The notes: a model not told the origin generated them from the letters alone. Positions 48,205 through 58,289 are shown, numbered from the stretch's first letter. The stretch: 64,000 nt of DNA from Thermoplasmata archaeon (GCA_022750455.1 JAKIVR010000002.1:1270-65269), one strand, 5' to 3'. Numbers and translations are program-made.

Positions 48205-48211
48205 ATAAATA
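48205..48211 (+). promoter_or_regulatory. TATA-like ATAAATA ~25 nt upstream of the candidate SRP RNA 5' end
   Basis: Read from sequence. Same TTAAATA-type element recurs upstream of rpl7ae and the 4984 glycoprotein. Confidence 0.35.
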
Positions 48212-48233
48212 CCGCCTCCCCGATGGAGCGCTT

Positions 48234-48550
48234 GCTAGGCTTGACCGGGGGGTTGGGCGTCCCCTTTTACACCGAAACCGTCCTCAGCGGGGGTGACAGG
48301 CAGGAGCGGCGTCCGAGAGAGAGTACCGTCTCGTTTGGTCTCGTCGAAGCTCTGTTCCATCGGGCCGCGGGTCTCGCGATGGACGCCCGGAGGGGCGTTC
48401 TAGCGGGTATTCATCACGGACATCGGGCGAGGTCCTGACGGGAGCAGCCTTACCGTGACCCGTCGACGCTGGTGGGGCGACGGGGCTGAGAGACTGGCGA
48501 GAACAACGGTGCCCTTCTTCGGCCGTCCACCCTGCTGGCCTAGCACGCCG
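48234..48550 (+). ncRNA. candidate signal recognition particle RNA (7S / SRP RNA), ~310 nt
   Basis: 5' GCUAGGC (48234-40) pairs with GCCUAGC (48538-44). Helix-6-like hairpin GACGCCC-GGAG-GGGCGUU. Helix-8-like GGUCCUGACGGGAGCAGCC resembling the conserved GGUCCGGAAGGAAGCAGCC. Lies in a 560-bp gene-free stretch. Confidence 0.5.
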
Positions 48551-48642
48551 AACCGGGGGTTATACACCCCCACCCCCTGGCTGCCAGTGGAGATTTTCGG
48601 GCCTGGGCGCCTGCCCATGCCCGTCCTACTCCTAGGGAGAGA

Positions 48643-49122
48643 TTACGGGCGCGGAGGGTCGACCCACCCTTCCGACTCGAGAGGAACGGCGTCCCTCTCG
48701 AACCGGGAACGGATCGTGGGCTCGATCGGTTTCTTGGACGCGTGGGCGTAGTCATACATCACGACAACCGTTCTTCCTCGAGCGTAGAGTCGTTTCGTAT
48801 CGTAGGCGTCTACGAAGCGATAGAGGAGAGAGAAGCTCGTGCGACCGAGGGGGCCCCCGGGGGTACACTCCCCGATCAACTCCGTCCCATACCCGGCCGG
48901 CGCGAGGTAGCGACAGGTCGCCTCGGCGACGATGATGTCGAGCTCCCTCGGGTCCTTCACCCCGAGGATCGGCATGTAGTAGTCGCAGCGCAACGTCTCC
49001 ATGTAGCGAAAGTAGACGGCGTGGTTGAGGTGGTTGAGGGCGTCCACGTCCGCGTACTGGACGACGAAGCGACGTTGCGCCGGCCAGGGACCCGGCGTTG
49101 GCGTCGAGGTGGAAACGGACAT
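48643..49122 (-). CDS. acyl-CoA thioesterase, hotdog fold (4HBT/YbgC family)
   Basis: DVDALNHLNHAVYFRYMETLR signature. 159 aa. Confidence 0.7.
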   Translation of the reverse strand: MSVSTSTPTPGPWPAQRRFVVQYADVDALNHLNHAVYFRYMETLRCDYYMPILGVKDPRELDIIVAEATCRYLAPAGYGTELIGECTPGGPLGRTSFSLLYRFVDAYDTKRLYARGRTVVVMYDYAHASKKPIEPTIRSRFERDAVPLESEGWVDPPRP

Positions 49123-49296
49123 TCCCGCCTCCGACCGGCGGCGGCTATAAGGGTCCGTCGGCTCCCCGGGTCGCTTGGACCGTTCCGGTCCCTTTCGGGG
49201 GCTCGCGGTCGGCCCAAGAACGTTCCACGCGCAACGGAGGGGTGGGGGGGGATGCCTGGAAGGACACATCGCGCGGGGTCGGCCCCGCCCGGAGAG

Positions 49297-50592
49297 ATGG
49301 CGACGAGTGTCGAGTCCGTCCGCGACGCGGTCCGGCGCCACTCGACCCGGTTCGAGGCCGCGATCCCGCTCATCGCGAGCGAGAATCTCCTGTCGCCGTA
49401 CGCGAAGGAGCTTCTCATCAGCGACTTCCACTCCCGGTACGCTGAAGGAGCGATCGGGGACCGGTACTACGAGGGGAACGAACAGGTCGATGAGGTCGAG
49501 ACGATCTGCGTCGACCTCGCCCGCCGTCTGTTCGGCTGTTCGTTCGCCGACGTCCGACCGATCTCGGGCACCGTCGCCAACCTCGCGGTGTTGAAGGCGC
49601 TCGCCAAGCCCGGGGAGAAGGTCGGTACGGCCCGGTTGAGCGACGGGGCACACATCTCCTCCGCGCCGTTCGGGGCGTTCGGGCTCCGCGGGGTCCAGCC
49701 AGTGACGTACCCCTGGGACGAGGAGCGCATGACGCTCGACGTCCCCGGTACCCGGGCCCTCCTGCTCCAGGAGCGTCCGAAGCTCTGTCTGTTCGGACTC
49801 TCCCTCTTCCTCTTCCCGCTCCCGATCGAGGAGCTCCGCCCGACGCTGGAGGAGATCGGGGCGATCGGCTGGTACGACGCGGCGCACGTCCTCGGGCTGA
49901 TCGCTGGAGGAACGTTCCAGGACCCGCTCCGGGAAGGCTGCCAGGTCCTCTCGGCCTCCACGCACAAGACGCTCCCGGGCCCCCAGCATGGACTCCTGCT
50001 CGGCGAAGGGGCGGATCCCGACGTGACCAAGCGGCTCGCCTCGGCCGCGTTCCCCGGGGTCACCAGCAATCACCACCTCCACGCCATGGCGGCGCTCGCG
50101 GTGTCGTTCGCCGAATCGCTCGCCTTCGGCCAAGAGTACGCTCGGCAGGTGATCGCCAATGCGCGGGCTCTCGCGCAAGCGCTCCACGAGCGCGGCTTCG
50201 ACGTGCTCGGCGAGCAGCTCGGCTTCACCGAAAGTCACACGATCGCCGTTCGCGTCACGAAGGAGGGAGGGGGCGCCGAGGTCTCGCGCCGCCTCGCCGC
50301 GGCCGGGATCATCACCAACAAGAACCTGATCCCCGGGGACACGAGCTCGAAGCATCCGGGCGGGATCCGTCTCGGCTCCCCGGAAGTGACCCGGGTCGGC
50401 ATGAAGGAGCGGGAGATGGTCCAGATCGCCGAACTGTTCGACAGCCTGTTGCATCAGGGCCGATCGGAGGCCGAGGTCGCCGCGGCGGCCGCGGCGCTCA
50501 AGCGCCCGTTCACCACCGTGCAATACTGTTTCGGCCGGGGGGAAGCGGCGTACCGGTACTACGACCTCGTCGGCCGACCGCCGTCCGGATAG
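49297..50592 (+). CDS. glyA: serine hydroxymethyltransferase (archaeal type)
   Basis: PLP-lysine region SASTHKTLPGPQHG and full-length SHMT similarity. ggagagATG start context. The upstream 185-aa ORF-track extension was rejected. Confidence 0.9.
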   Translation: MATSVESVRDAVRRHSTRFEAAIPLIASENLLSPYAKELLISDFHSRYAEGAIGDRYYEGNEQVDEVETICVDLARRLFGCSFADVRPISGTVANLAVLKALAKPGEKVGTARLSDGAHISSAPFGAFGLRGVQPVTYPWDEERMTLDVPGTRALLLQERPKLCLFGLSLFLFPLPIEELRPTLEEIGAIGWYDAAHVLGLIAGGTFQDPLREGCQVLSASTHKTLPGPQHGLLLGEGADPDVTKRLASAAFPGVTSNHHLHAMAALAVSFAESLAFGQEYARQVIANARALAQALHERGFDVLGEQLGFTESHTIAVRVTKEGGGAEVSRRLAAAGIITNKNLIPGDTSSKHPGGIRLGSPEVTRVGMKEREMVQIAELFDSLLHQGRSEAEVAAAAAALKRPFTTVQYCFGRGEAAYRYYDLVGRPPSG

Positions 50593-50794
50593 CGTCGTTC
50601 CGCGACGGCGCGATACCCCTCGGCCGGGCTAGACGGACGCGGACTCTCCCAGCTCCTGGAGCCGCTGACGGAGGCTTTCCCACGGCACCTCGGTCTTTCG
50701 CTTCCAGGTGATGCACCCTCGCGTCACGCCAAAACCCACCGTCTCGAGCCGCTTCCGGGATTAGGCCTGTCGTCCGGATCTCCGTCCGCGCCCG

Positions 50795-53560
50795 CTACGC
50801 GTCCCGGGAGTCCGTCCCATCGACGTCGGGCCGCCTCTCGAGGGCCTTCTCATCGAATTCGATGCGAGGTCTCTCATCGTGCCGGGCCGTGTACTCGAGC
50901 GGCCCGCCGGGAACCAGGCGGCTTTCAATCAGCCGCTCGGTGAGGAGCGAGGCGATCCACTCCCCCAGCTCGGAGCGGGTCGGACCGTCGGCGCCTCCGC
51001 CGAGGTGGAGCGCGTCGAGGGTGATCGGACCTTCCGCTCGGATCCGGTTCAGGAGTTGCTCCCTCCCTTCCGCGTACCGCCGGAGCTCCTCATCCGAGGC
51101 GAGGGTCGACGCCGTCGTTCCGGGCGATCGGCGGCGGACGAGCCAGACGGCCACGCCGGCGACGCCCGCGATCCCGAGGCCGCCCCACGCGAGCGGGTTC
51201 AACTCGGCGATCGCGCCACCTCCCACGGCCGGGACGAGGATCGTCGGCAGGAGCTGCACGCCCCAGGAGGTTCGGACCGTCACGATCCCGGAGTCCGGTG
51301 CCGGCGCGGAGTAGTTCACCCACGCGGTGGAGTCGTTCGGCCCGGGGACGATCGGTGTATCGAGGGTCCACGTCGACCCGTCGAACGATTCGGTGACCAC
51401 GACCTCGCCGCCCGAGACTGGGTTGCCGTACGGATCGGAGATCTTCCACAACGTGTGGTTGACCCGATCGCCGGGCAACGCCACGTCGGGGTCGAACAGG
51501 TGCACGTGGCGAAGATCCGGGCCGCAGCTCAACGAGATCACGTCCCCGGGTGCGAACGCGAGGGGTGGCGAGAGACCGACCGCCTCGATCTCGTACACCC
51601 CGGCTCGGTAGGCCGTCAGCGTGAGGTTCAGGTAGCCTCCGAGCCACGCTCCGACAGGGACGTTCACCGAGTCGTTGCTCGCGGGGAGCGTCGTCCCCAG
51701 CGACGACGTGTTGATCGTCAAGCCCGATCCCCCGGGGCCGGCGACGTCGAGCGACAGGGGTGCTGCGAACGACGTCACCCGCTGGCCGCCGGGGTCGGTC
51801 GCGAACCAGCTCCAGGAGGTCGGTGTCCCCGCGACGACGGAGTCGTTCCACGGCGACGCGTCGATCGCCGCCGCCGGGCCGGCGAGCACGGTGAACGTCG
51901 TGGAGCTCGCGACGCGCGAGCCGAGGGAATCGACGACCGTGAGCGTCACCGTCTCCGGACCCGGGAGGATCGGCACGTACGACCACGAGACCGTCCCATC
52001 CGCTCGGAGAGCCCCGGTGGCGGCGGTCCCTCCGGGCGCGGAGAGGTTCCACCAGAACGACGCGGGGAGCAATCCGCCCGTGTACGGGCTCGTCAGATCG
52101 ATCGAGGATCCGGCCTCCACCACGGAGGCGGCCGGGGCGACGGCCCCGAGCGACGGGGAGCTCGCGACGACCACGGGGAGCGTCGTCGAGACGTTCACCC
52201 CGGCGCTGTCCGAGAGCGTGGCCGTGGTCGAGTACTGGCCCGGCGCGCGGTACAGCAGATCGAACGACCAGGTCGGCCCGTCCCCGGCCGAGCAGTTCGT
52301 CCCGAAGCCGGTGCCGTTCAGGCACGCCGGACCGAACGGGGGGGTGCCTGTGCCCGGGGCCAGGGTGAGGATCACGGGGATCGGATGATCCAAGTACCCG
52401 ACCGCGGGGAGCGGGGCGATCGAGAGGTACGGGGCGTCGTTGATCGACACGGTGGGGAGGGACCACGTCGTCTGGGAGTATCCATTGGTGAGCGTGACCG
52501 TCGGCTCCGCCTCGCCCGCGACCGCATACGTCGTGTTTCCGTCGCAGGTGATCGCCGCCTCACCTCCCGGCCCCTCGGTCACTTGGCAGGGCAGTGGGAT
52601 CGAGGCCTCGGACAACCCCGGGTCGACCCACGCCGTGTACGGATACCCGGCCGCGCCCGTGCCATTGGCGGTGAAGCCGATCGTCTGGCCCACGTCCCCG
52701 CGCGTGGCGGAGGGGCTGGCCGCGGTCAACTCGGTCGGGAGCGCGTCCAGCGATACGTTCGTCCAGGCGGCGACGACCGTTCCGTTGTACGTCCCCTCGT
52801 CCTGGATCGCCAGCGTGGCGGGGCCGGCCCCCGGGGCCGCCACGACCATCGCGGAGTCCGGCCGACCCGACGCGGTCACGGCCCAGCCCGGGGTCGAGAG
52901 GGTCCAGTGGACCGTGGCGTTCACCGGCGTCGCGTTCCCGTTCGCCGCGAGCCCCGTCGCGACGAACGTCGTGGACGCGTCGACGCTCACGGTCAACGGA
53001 CCGGCCGGCACGACGTTCACGCTCTGGAGCGCCGCGACGTACTCAAGCGTCGCAGTCGGCCACGAGGCGTTCCAGGTGTAATAGTACCCGGGCGGGTCGG
53101 TCTGGTTAGGTTCGATGGTCGGTTGGGCATACGGCCCGGTGAACTCCGAGCAGGTCGAACCCGAACAGCTGTTCGCCGGCACGGGGACCGTGAAGTTGAA
53201 GGCGCCGCCGGCTCCCGTATCGAACGTCGAGTTCCCGATCACGCAGGTGGCGACCGGTGGCTGGCCCATCACGCCGACGATCGAGAGGTAGTCGAAGACA
53301 TACAGGAACGACTCCCCGGCGAGCGGCGGCGTGGGAACCGCGCTCCCGACCACTCGCAGAGTACCGTTCACGTCGGAGGGGAGCGCCGTGCCGTTGCAGT
53401 TGGAGAGGTTCGTGGTGGCGAGCGGTTCGAAGATCGAGGGGACGGCCGGACGATGGTCGGCGAGGGACGCCGTGGGAACGGTCGACAGGACGAGCCCCAC
53501 GAACAGGACGACGAGGACCCAGGGCACGGCGGGTGCGCGGAGCCGGCGAAGCCAGGACAT
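50795..53560 (-). CDS. large cell-surface glycoprotein (S-layer candidate): signal peptide, ~800-aa N-glycosylated ectodomain, C-terminal TM and ~120-aa cytoplasmic tail
   Basis: Signal MSWLRRLRAPAVPWVLVVLFVGLVLS. More than 25 sequons. TM LAWGGLGIAGVAGVAVWLV then RRRSPG. Confidence 0.7.
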   Translation of the reverse strand: MSWLRRLRAPAVPWVLVVLFVGLVLSTVPTASLADHRPAVPSIFEPLATTNLSNCNGTALPSDVNGTLRVVGSAVPTPPLAGESFLYVFDYLSIVGVMGQPPVATCVIGNSTFDTGAGGAFNFTVPVPANSCSGSTCSEFTGPYAQPTIEPNQTDPPGYYYTWNASWPTATLEYVAALQSVNVVPAGPLTVSVDASTTFVATGLAANGNATPVNATVHWTLSTPGWAVTASGRPDSAMVVAAPGAGPATLAIQDEGTYNGTVVAAWTNVSLDALPTELTAASPSATRGDVGQTIGFTANGTGAAGYPYTAWVDPGLSEASIPLPCQVTEGPGGEAAITCDGNTTYAVAGEAEPTVTLTNGYSQTTWSLPTVSINDAPYLSIAPLPAVGYLDHPIPVILTLAPGTGTPPFGPACLNGTGFGTNCSAGDGPTWSFDLLYRAPGQYSTTATLSDSAGVNVSTTLPVVVASSPSLGAVAPAASVVEAGSSIDLTSPYTGGLLPASFWWNLSAPGGTAATGALRADGTVSWSYVPILPGPETVTLTVVDSLGSRVASSTTFTVLAGPAAAIDASPWNDSVVAGTPTSWSWFATDPGGQRVTSFAAPLSLDVAGPGGSGLTINTSSLGTTLPASNDSVNVPVGAWLGGYLNLTLTAYRAGVYEIEAVGLSPPLAFAPGDVISLSCGPDLRHVHLFDPDVALPGDRVNHTLWKISDPYGNPVSGGEVVVTESFDGSTWTLDTPIVPGPNDSTAWVNYSAPAPDSGIVTVRTSWGVQLLPTILVPAVGGGAIAELNPLAWGGLGIAGVAGVAVWLVRRRSPGTTASTLASDEELRRYAEGREQLLNRIRAEGPITLDALHLGGGADGPTRSELGEWIASLLTERLIESRLVPGGPLEYTARHDERPRIEFDEKALERRPDVDGTDSRDA

Positions 53561-53594
53561 CCGTTCAGCTCCGAGGCGGACGTCCGAACTAGGC

Positions 53595-54188
53595 CTAAAA
53601 GCTACTCGATGAACCGGAGCGGTGGCTTGTCTCGACGTTCGAGGGGCCGTTTGCCCCTCTCCGCTCCGTCGCAGCTTCGCCCAGAGTCCACGATCGCCGG
53701 GGAAGGTGGACGGCCCCGGTTGCGCGCCACTGGCTCTCCCACAGGGTCACCACCTGCACCCGAGCTGCCCCGAAGACTCGATCGGTGTGGTCTCGAAGAA
53801 GTTGCCGGGCCCGCGTGGAGTCGCCGGGCGAGCGGACGCGGAACAGAGTGACGTGGGGGACGAGAGGTCGATCGTCGGACACGAACCCGGCGTCGCGAAG
53901 TCGTCCGTGCAGACGGCGGGCGATCGCGATCAACGGCTCCGACCCGGCGGCCGTACCGATCCACATCACGCGGGGCGAGGCGGTCGAGGGGAACGCCCCC
54001 ACCCCGCGGAACTCGACCGGGAAGGCGACGACTCCCTCGAGGGCGCTGCCCACCGCGAGCATCACCGCCTCTTCCCGCCCTGGATCGATCTCGCCCAGGA
54101 AGGCGAGCGTGAGGTGCTCCTCTGCGCGGGGGATGCCCGTGCCTCCGAGGTCGAGGACCGGCACCGGGACGCCGACGAACAGCCGCAA
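53595..54188 (-). CDS. thpR: RNA 2',3'-cyclic phosphodiesterase / 2'-5' RNA ligase (2H phosphoesterase, ThpR/LigT)
   Basis: Two H-x-T-x motifs (HLTLAFLG, HVTLFRV). Start uncertain, with TTG at 54188; the ORF-track 300-aa upstream extension was rejected. Confidence 0.65.
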   Translation of the reverse strand: MRLFVGVPVPVLDLGGTGIPRAEEHLTLAFLGEIDPGREEAVMLAVGSALEGVVAFPVEFRGVGAFPSTASPRVMWIGTAAGSEPLIAIARRLHGRLRDAGFVSDDRPLVPHVTLFRVRSPGDSTRARQLLRDHTDRVFGAARVQVVTLWESQWRATGAVHLPRRSWTLGEAATERRGANGPSNVETSHRSGSSSSF

Positions 54189-54211
54189 CGCCGTCGGCGT
54201 GCGCCGGCGGG

Positions 54212-56821
54212 TTATCCCGTCTGCGCGGGCCCTTCTTGGAACGCTCGACCGATCGCGGCGAGCGTCCAGACGCACGCGGAGCGGTAGTCCGCGCCCGCCG
54301 CGGCGAGCGAACGCCGCACTCTCCGGGCCCGGGTCCCGTCGGGCACCACGAAGACGACGAACGCGCCGGCCGACCGGCCCTTGGCGAACCCTCGTTCGAT
54401 CCGCTCCGGTCGGAGCGCCCCCGACACCTCGGCCTCCACGTGCACGTCCTGCCCGTGGAACGCCCGCCAGAGCCAGTGGGGTTGCCACCAGGCGATCCGA
54501 TCCGCGAGCGCCGCCGGGCTCACCCCCGCGAGCTCGTCGCGGAGGCGGAAGCGCGCGTCGGGTTGGCGGAAGGCGAACGATCCCTGCGGGAGGATCTCCA
54601 GGCGGATCCCGTGGCGGGCGAAGATCCGGAACGTGCCGAGCAGTAGCGCCCGGTGGAGCGCACTTTCGCGGACCGCCCCGGTCCGGGGATCGAGACCGAG
54701 CCAGTGGCGGCCGGGGTCGGTGAGTCGGAACCGCTCCGCGTCCACGAGCTCGATCCATCCGCGCTGGAGAAGGGCCTGGCGTTGCCCCGGGAGCTCGGCG
54801 GGGTCCCCCGGGAGAGCGGTGCCCGCCCACCGCAGGAGAGTCGAGACGGTGGCCGCTCGTCCCTGTTCCTCGAGGGCGAGAGTTCCCAGGAGGAACGACT
54901 CCGCCGTCGAGCCGTCGAACCCGTCGAGGGACTCCGGATCGTCCACGTGCGCTCGTCGGCTCGCCTCGGTCGCCGCCCGCCACGCTCCACGCTCCGCCGC
55001 CGGCGGCGCCGGCCAGTCGACGACCTGGCGCGCCGCCCCCGGCCCGTTCGGCAGGACGATCGATCGTCCGTCGGGGAGCGAGGCGATCGCGGTCGTGATC
55101 GTCTCTACGTCCTCCCCGATCCACGGCGCGATGGCCCGCGCCGCCGCCCGGGGCAACCGGAAGACGACGTGGGTCCCGACGGAGGAGCCGACGGCGCTGC
55201 GAGCCTCGGGCTGCAGCCGATCCGGATACTGCGTCGCCGCAAGCACGGAGAGTCCGAACTTCCGGCCCTCCGTGATCATCTCCGCGAGAAGTCCCGGGGC
55301 GATCCGATGGGCCTCATCGAGGAGCACGGTCACCCGCGGAGGCCGGTCGGAGGGCCACGGGCCGGCCCGGCAGGCGCCGAGGAAGACCCGCGTCGCCAGC
55401 AGCGTCACGACGTACTCCACGGCCTCGGGGCCGAGCTCCCCGATCGGGAGCCGCCAGAGCACGCTCGTGCCGCCCGCCAACAGTTGCTCGAGCGGCAGCG
55501 CCCGTCCTTCGGGGGCGACCAGGCGCCGGAGCCCCGGGTCGTTCGCCAGCGGCCCGAGGCGGGCCGAGGCCGGCCAGAGGAACTCGGGGTTCCGCCGCAC
55601 GACCGCGGGGAGGTCGTCGAGGAAGCGTGCGAGCTCGCCCGGGCCGAGGCGCATTCTCGCCGCCTCCCGGCGGCGCGCATCGGTCAACAGCTCGACGAGG
55701 TCGTTGAGGTCGCCGCCTTCCGCCTCGGTGATCCGCAGGAACGCGTCGAGCACGCGCTCGATCCGAAACCCCCAGAACGTCTCTCCGTCCCGGGTCCCGA
55801 CGCGGCGCAGCGCCGCGAGCAGCATCGACCGCTCGGCGCCGCCCCGGATCCCATCCTCCCCACCGAGGAGCTGGACGCCCGGCGCCGTTCCGTCGGTCGG
55901 ATCGATCGCGACGACCCGCGCCCGCTCGGCCGGGGAGAGCCGCGCGAGGATCGCCGGTGCGAGATCGCCGTGGACGTCCCAGCCGACGATCGCGCGCCGG
56001 TCCCGGATCGCGGTCGAGGCCCAGTGGACGAGGCACGCCGTCTTGCCGGCGCCGGAGGCGCCGACCACGAACGCATGCCGCCGCAGCGCCGGACCGAACG
56101 GGGCCGCGGCGAAACCCGCGACCGTCAGCCGGGCGACCGCGTCGGGCGGCGCGACGAACGCCCGATGGGATCGGAACCATCGCACCGCCCCCGAGCGCCA
56201 CTCCCTCCGCGCGGACCAGCGCGGCCGGTACGGGCGGAGCGAGCCGAGGGCGATCGAGGCGTGGACGAATCGCGGTCCGAGGGAGCGCGCCGTCGCCCCC
56301 AGGGCATCCGCCTCCCCGACCGGTGAGGTCGCAAGGCAGCGCACGGAGAAGTGGAGCTGACCGGTCCCCGTCGACCTCGCGTGACATTGGGCGGCGACCC
56401 AGGCCCCGGAGGCCGGTGGTCCGGTCGCCGGGACGAAGTCGATCGTCGGTGGAACTCCGGGCACGGGACGGGCCGCGCGGCCGCGTGCCTCCTCGCGGAG
56501 ATCTTCGCCCGGCGGCGGCTCGAGGACGGAGGCGAGGAGCCCGCCGCTCGCCCCTCCCGAACGCTCCGGTGCCGCCGGCGTACCCTCCACCTCCACGAGT
56601 CCCCGATGCCGATCGACGACCGACCGCGCGGCGGCCCCGGCCGCACCGGGAGCGATCAACGTCCAGTCGCCGGACCGGGGGACGAGCTGCTCCTCGATCA
56701 GCACGCCTTCCTCTCGAGGGAGATGGGCCAGGATCCGGAGGATCTCGGCCACGGCGTCGAAGACGAGGACCGGCGGGGCGTCGGGTCGGGGCTGGAAGGC
56801 GGCGGGTGACCGTTCACCCAT
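54212..56821 (-). CDS. HerA/FtsK/TraG-type P-loop ATPase with C-terminal winged-helix + nuclease-like extension (start uncertain)
   Basis: Walker A FVVGASGAGKT. WDVHGDL. Walker B VTVLLDEAHR. EGRKFGLSVLAATQ arginine-finger/sensor block. No TM. C-terminal ~260 aa with a wHTH-like segment and an acidic HVEAEVS block. Confidence 0.7.
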   Translation of the reverse strand: MGERSPAAFQPRPDAPPVLVFDAVAEILRILAHLPREEGVLIEEQLVPRSGDWTLIAPGAAGAAARSVVDRHRGLVEVEGTPAAPERSGGASGGLLASVLEPPPGEDLREEARGRAARPVPGVPPTIDFVPATGPPASGAWVAAQCHARSTGTGQLHFSVRCLATSPVGEADALGATARSLGPRFVHASIALGSLRPYRPRWSARREWRSGAVRWFRSHRAFVAPPDAVARLTVAGFAAAPFGPALRRHAFVVGASGAGKTACLVHWASTAIRDRRAIVGWDVHGDLAPAILARLSPAERARVVAIDPTDGTAPGVQLLGGEDGIRGGAERSMLLAALRRVGTRDGETFWGFRIERVLDAFLRITEAEGGDLNDLVELLTDARRREAARMRLGPGELARFLDDLPAVVRRNPEFLWPASARLGPLANDPGLRRLVAPEGRALPLEQLLAGGTSVLWRLPIGELGPEAVEYVVTLLATRVFLGACRAGPWPSDRPPRVTVLLDEAHRIAPGLLAEMITEGRKFGLSVLAATQYPDRLQPEARSAVGSSVGTHVVFRLPRAAARAIAPWIGEDVETITTAIASLPDGRSIVLPNGPGAARQVVDWPAPPAAERGAWRAATEASRRAHVDDPESLDGFDGSTAESFLLGTLALEEQGRAATVSTLLRWAGTALPGDPAELPGQRQALLQRGWIELVDAERFRLTDPGRHWLGLDPRTGAVRESALHRALLLGTFRIFARHGIRLEILPQGSFAFRQPDARFRLRDELAGVSPAALADRIAWWQPHWLWRAFHGQDVHVEAEVSGALRPERIERGFAKGRSAGAFVVFVVPDGTRARRVRRSLAAAGADYRSACVWTLAAIGRAFQEGPAQTG

Positions 56822-57152
56822 CGGCCTCTCCCGCGACGGCGGCGTGGACGAGTTCGTCGATCTCTCTCGCGAGGCCGGTCAATCCGCTCGCTCGGGCGTA
56901 GCCGCGGAGCGTGGCGGGCGACACGCACCGGCGCGCCACCCGCTCCACGTCCCACAGCCCGACGCAGAACACCAGCCGCCCGTCCGGGTACTGGTGCAGC
57001 GTGGCCCTCGGGCAAGCCGTGAGGGTGACCGGCACCCGGACCGATCCGACGGCCCGGACGCGGGTCGCTCCCGAGGGGGTTTCGTTCGTCGAGGTCTTGC
57101 TCCGAAGGGGTTCCTCTCGGCGGCCGGTCGGCCGCACTTTGGTGTCTCCCAC
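56814..57152 (-). CDS. hypothetical small protein overlapping the ATPase start by 8 nt
   Basis: ORF only. Confidence 0.2.
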   Translation of the reverse strand: MGDTKVRPTGRREEPLRSKTSTNETPSGATRVRAVGSVRVPVTLTACPRATLHQYPDGRLVFCVGLWDVERVARRCVSPATLRGYARASGLTGLAREIDELVHAAVAGEADG

Positions 57153-57725
57153 CGTTGGACTCCCGTCCGTCCCGCGGGTCCTCGGGGCGAACTCTGGCGG
57201 GTCGCGCGGCGAGATGTCCGGGCCCAGCCGATCGGGACCCCCTCCCGAGACCCCTGGTTCGGGAGGATTCGATCGGGCGGGAACCAGGGAGTCGAAGCGG
57301 TCCGTGAGGTCGGGGCCTCGTCGAGCGACCTCGAGCGTGTACGCTCAAGGGCGGCCGGGGAACGGGGACGGGACGTCTCCGCTGCGGCCGACGCGACGTG
57401 GCGAGAACGACCCTCTACGGTGCCACCGGGCCGGGACGACGTCGCGGCCGGTAGGGCGGTGTCGGGTGGTCCGTGGATCTGGGCACGCGGATCGATGGGA
57501 CGCTGAGGGGTAGACCGTCAGGGACCCGGGTCGATCAAGGTGTCAGATCGGACATCTCGTAGCGAACCCGAGAACGTGCGGCGGAGGTCGAAGGTTGCGG
57601 AGAGGTTGAACGATGAAGATTGTAGGCCCCCGCCGCACGCCGGAGACGCGGTGCCGTCTCCCTTGGCGATGTTGGCGGGGACCGTTGGGGGGGGTTGGGG
57701 ACTCAGTAGGAGCCCGGACGGTATT

Positions 57726-58289
57726 TCAACCGCCCCGAGGGGAGCGTGAAACGCCCTTCCGAGGGGCGTTCCGCACCGGCGAACGCCCCGCCGATACGAG
57801 GGAGCGTACGGGCGCGGTGGTACCCGCGAACGGCAACGCGGTCGAGGACGTGTACACCGGCGTGGAGAGCTCCGGCTCGATGACGCGGGAGCGGGTCGGC
57901 GTGGGCAGGGTCCGGTGGTGGCGCGGGACGACCCAGCGCTCGCCCCACGATCGGAGCTCCTTCGCGGCCGGTCCGAGATTGATCCCCATTTCGGTGAGCG
58001 AGTAGACGACGACGAACGGCCGGGTCGAGACGACGGTCCGCTGCACCACGCCGGAGCCCTCGAGGAACTTCAGCGTCGCGCTGAGCGTCTTCGCATTGAG
58101 CCGGGGGTTCGAGTGCAGGAGCTCGCTGAACCGTTGCGGCCCGTTCAAGAGGTGGTGGACGATGGCGAGGCGCCACTCCGTGCCGATCACGGAGATGGCG
58201 GCGAGGACCGGGCAGAGGCTGTTGCCCTCCTGGCAGAGCGCTTCTTCGGCAGGAGTAGGAGCACGCAAGGAGCTGGGAGTGGGCGACAT
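57726..58289 (-). CDS. HxlR-family transcriptional regulator (with Pro/Ser/Thr-rich C-terminal tail)
   Basis: CPVLAAISVIGTEWRLAIVHHLLNGPQRFSEL. Confidence 0.7.
   Translation of the reverse strand: MSPTPSSLRAPTPAEEALCQEGNSLCPVLAAISVIGTEWRLAIVHHLLNGPQRFSELLHSNPRLNAKTLSATLKFLEGSGVVQRTVVSTRPFVVVYSLTEMGINLGPAAKELRSWGERWVVPRHHRTLPTPTRSRVIEPELSTPVYTSSTALPFAGTTAPVRSLVSAGRSPVRNAPRKGVSRSPRGG

Noticed and set aside
48742-49296. N-terminal 185 aa of ORF 48742..50592 as part of glyA
   Set aside because: The SHMT N-terminus begins at ATG 49297 with an RBS-like ggagag. The upstream portion is antisense to the hotdog thioesterase gene.
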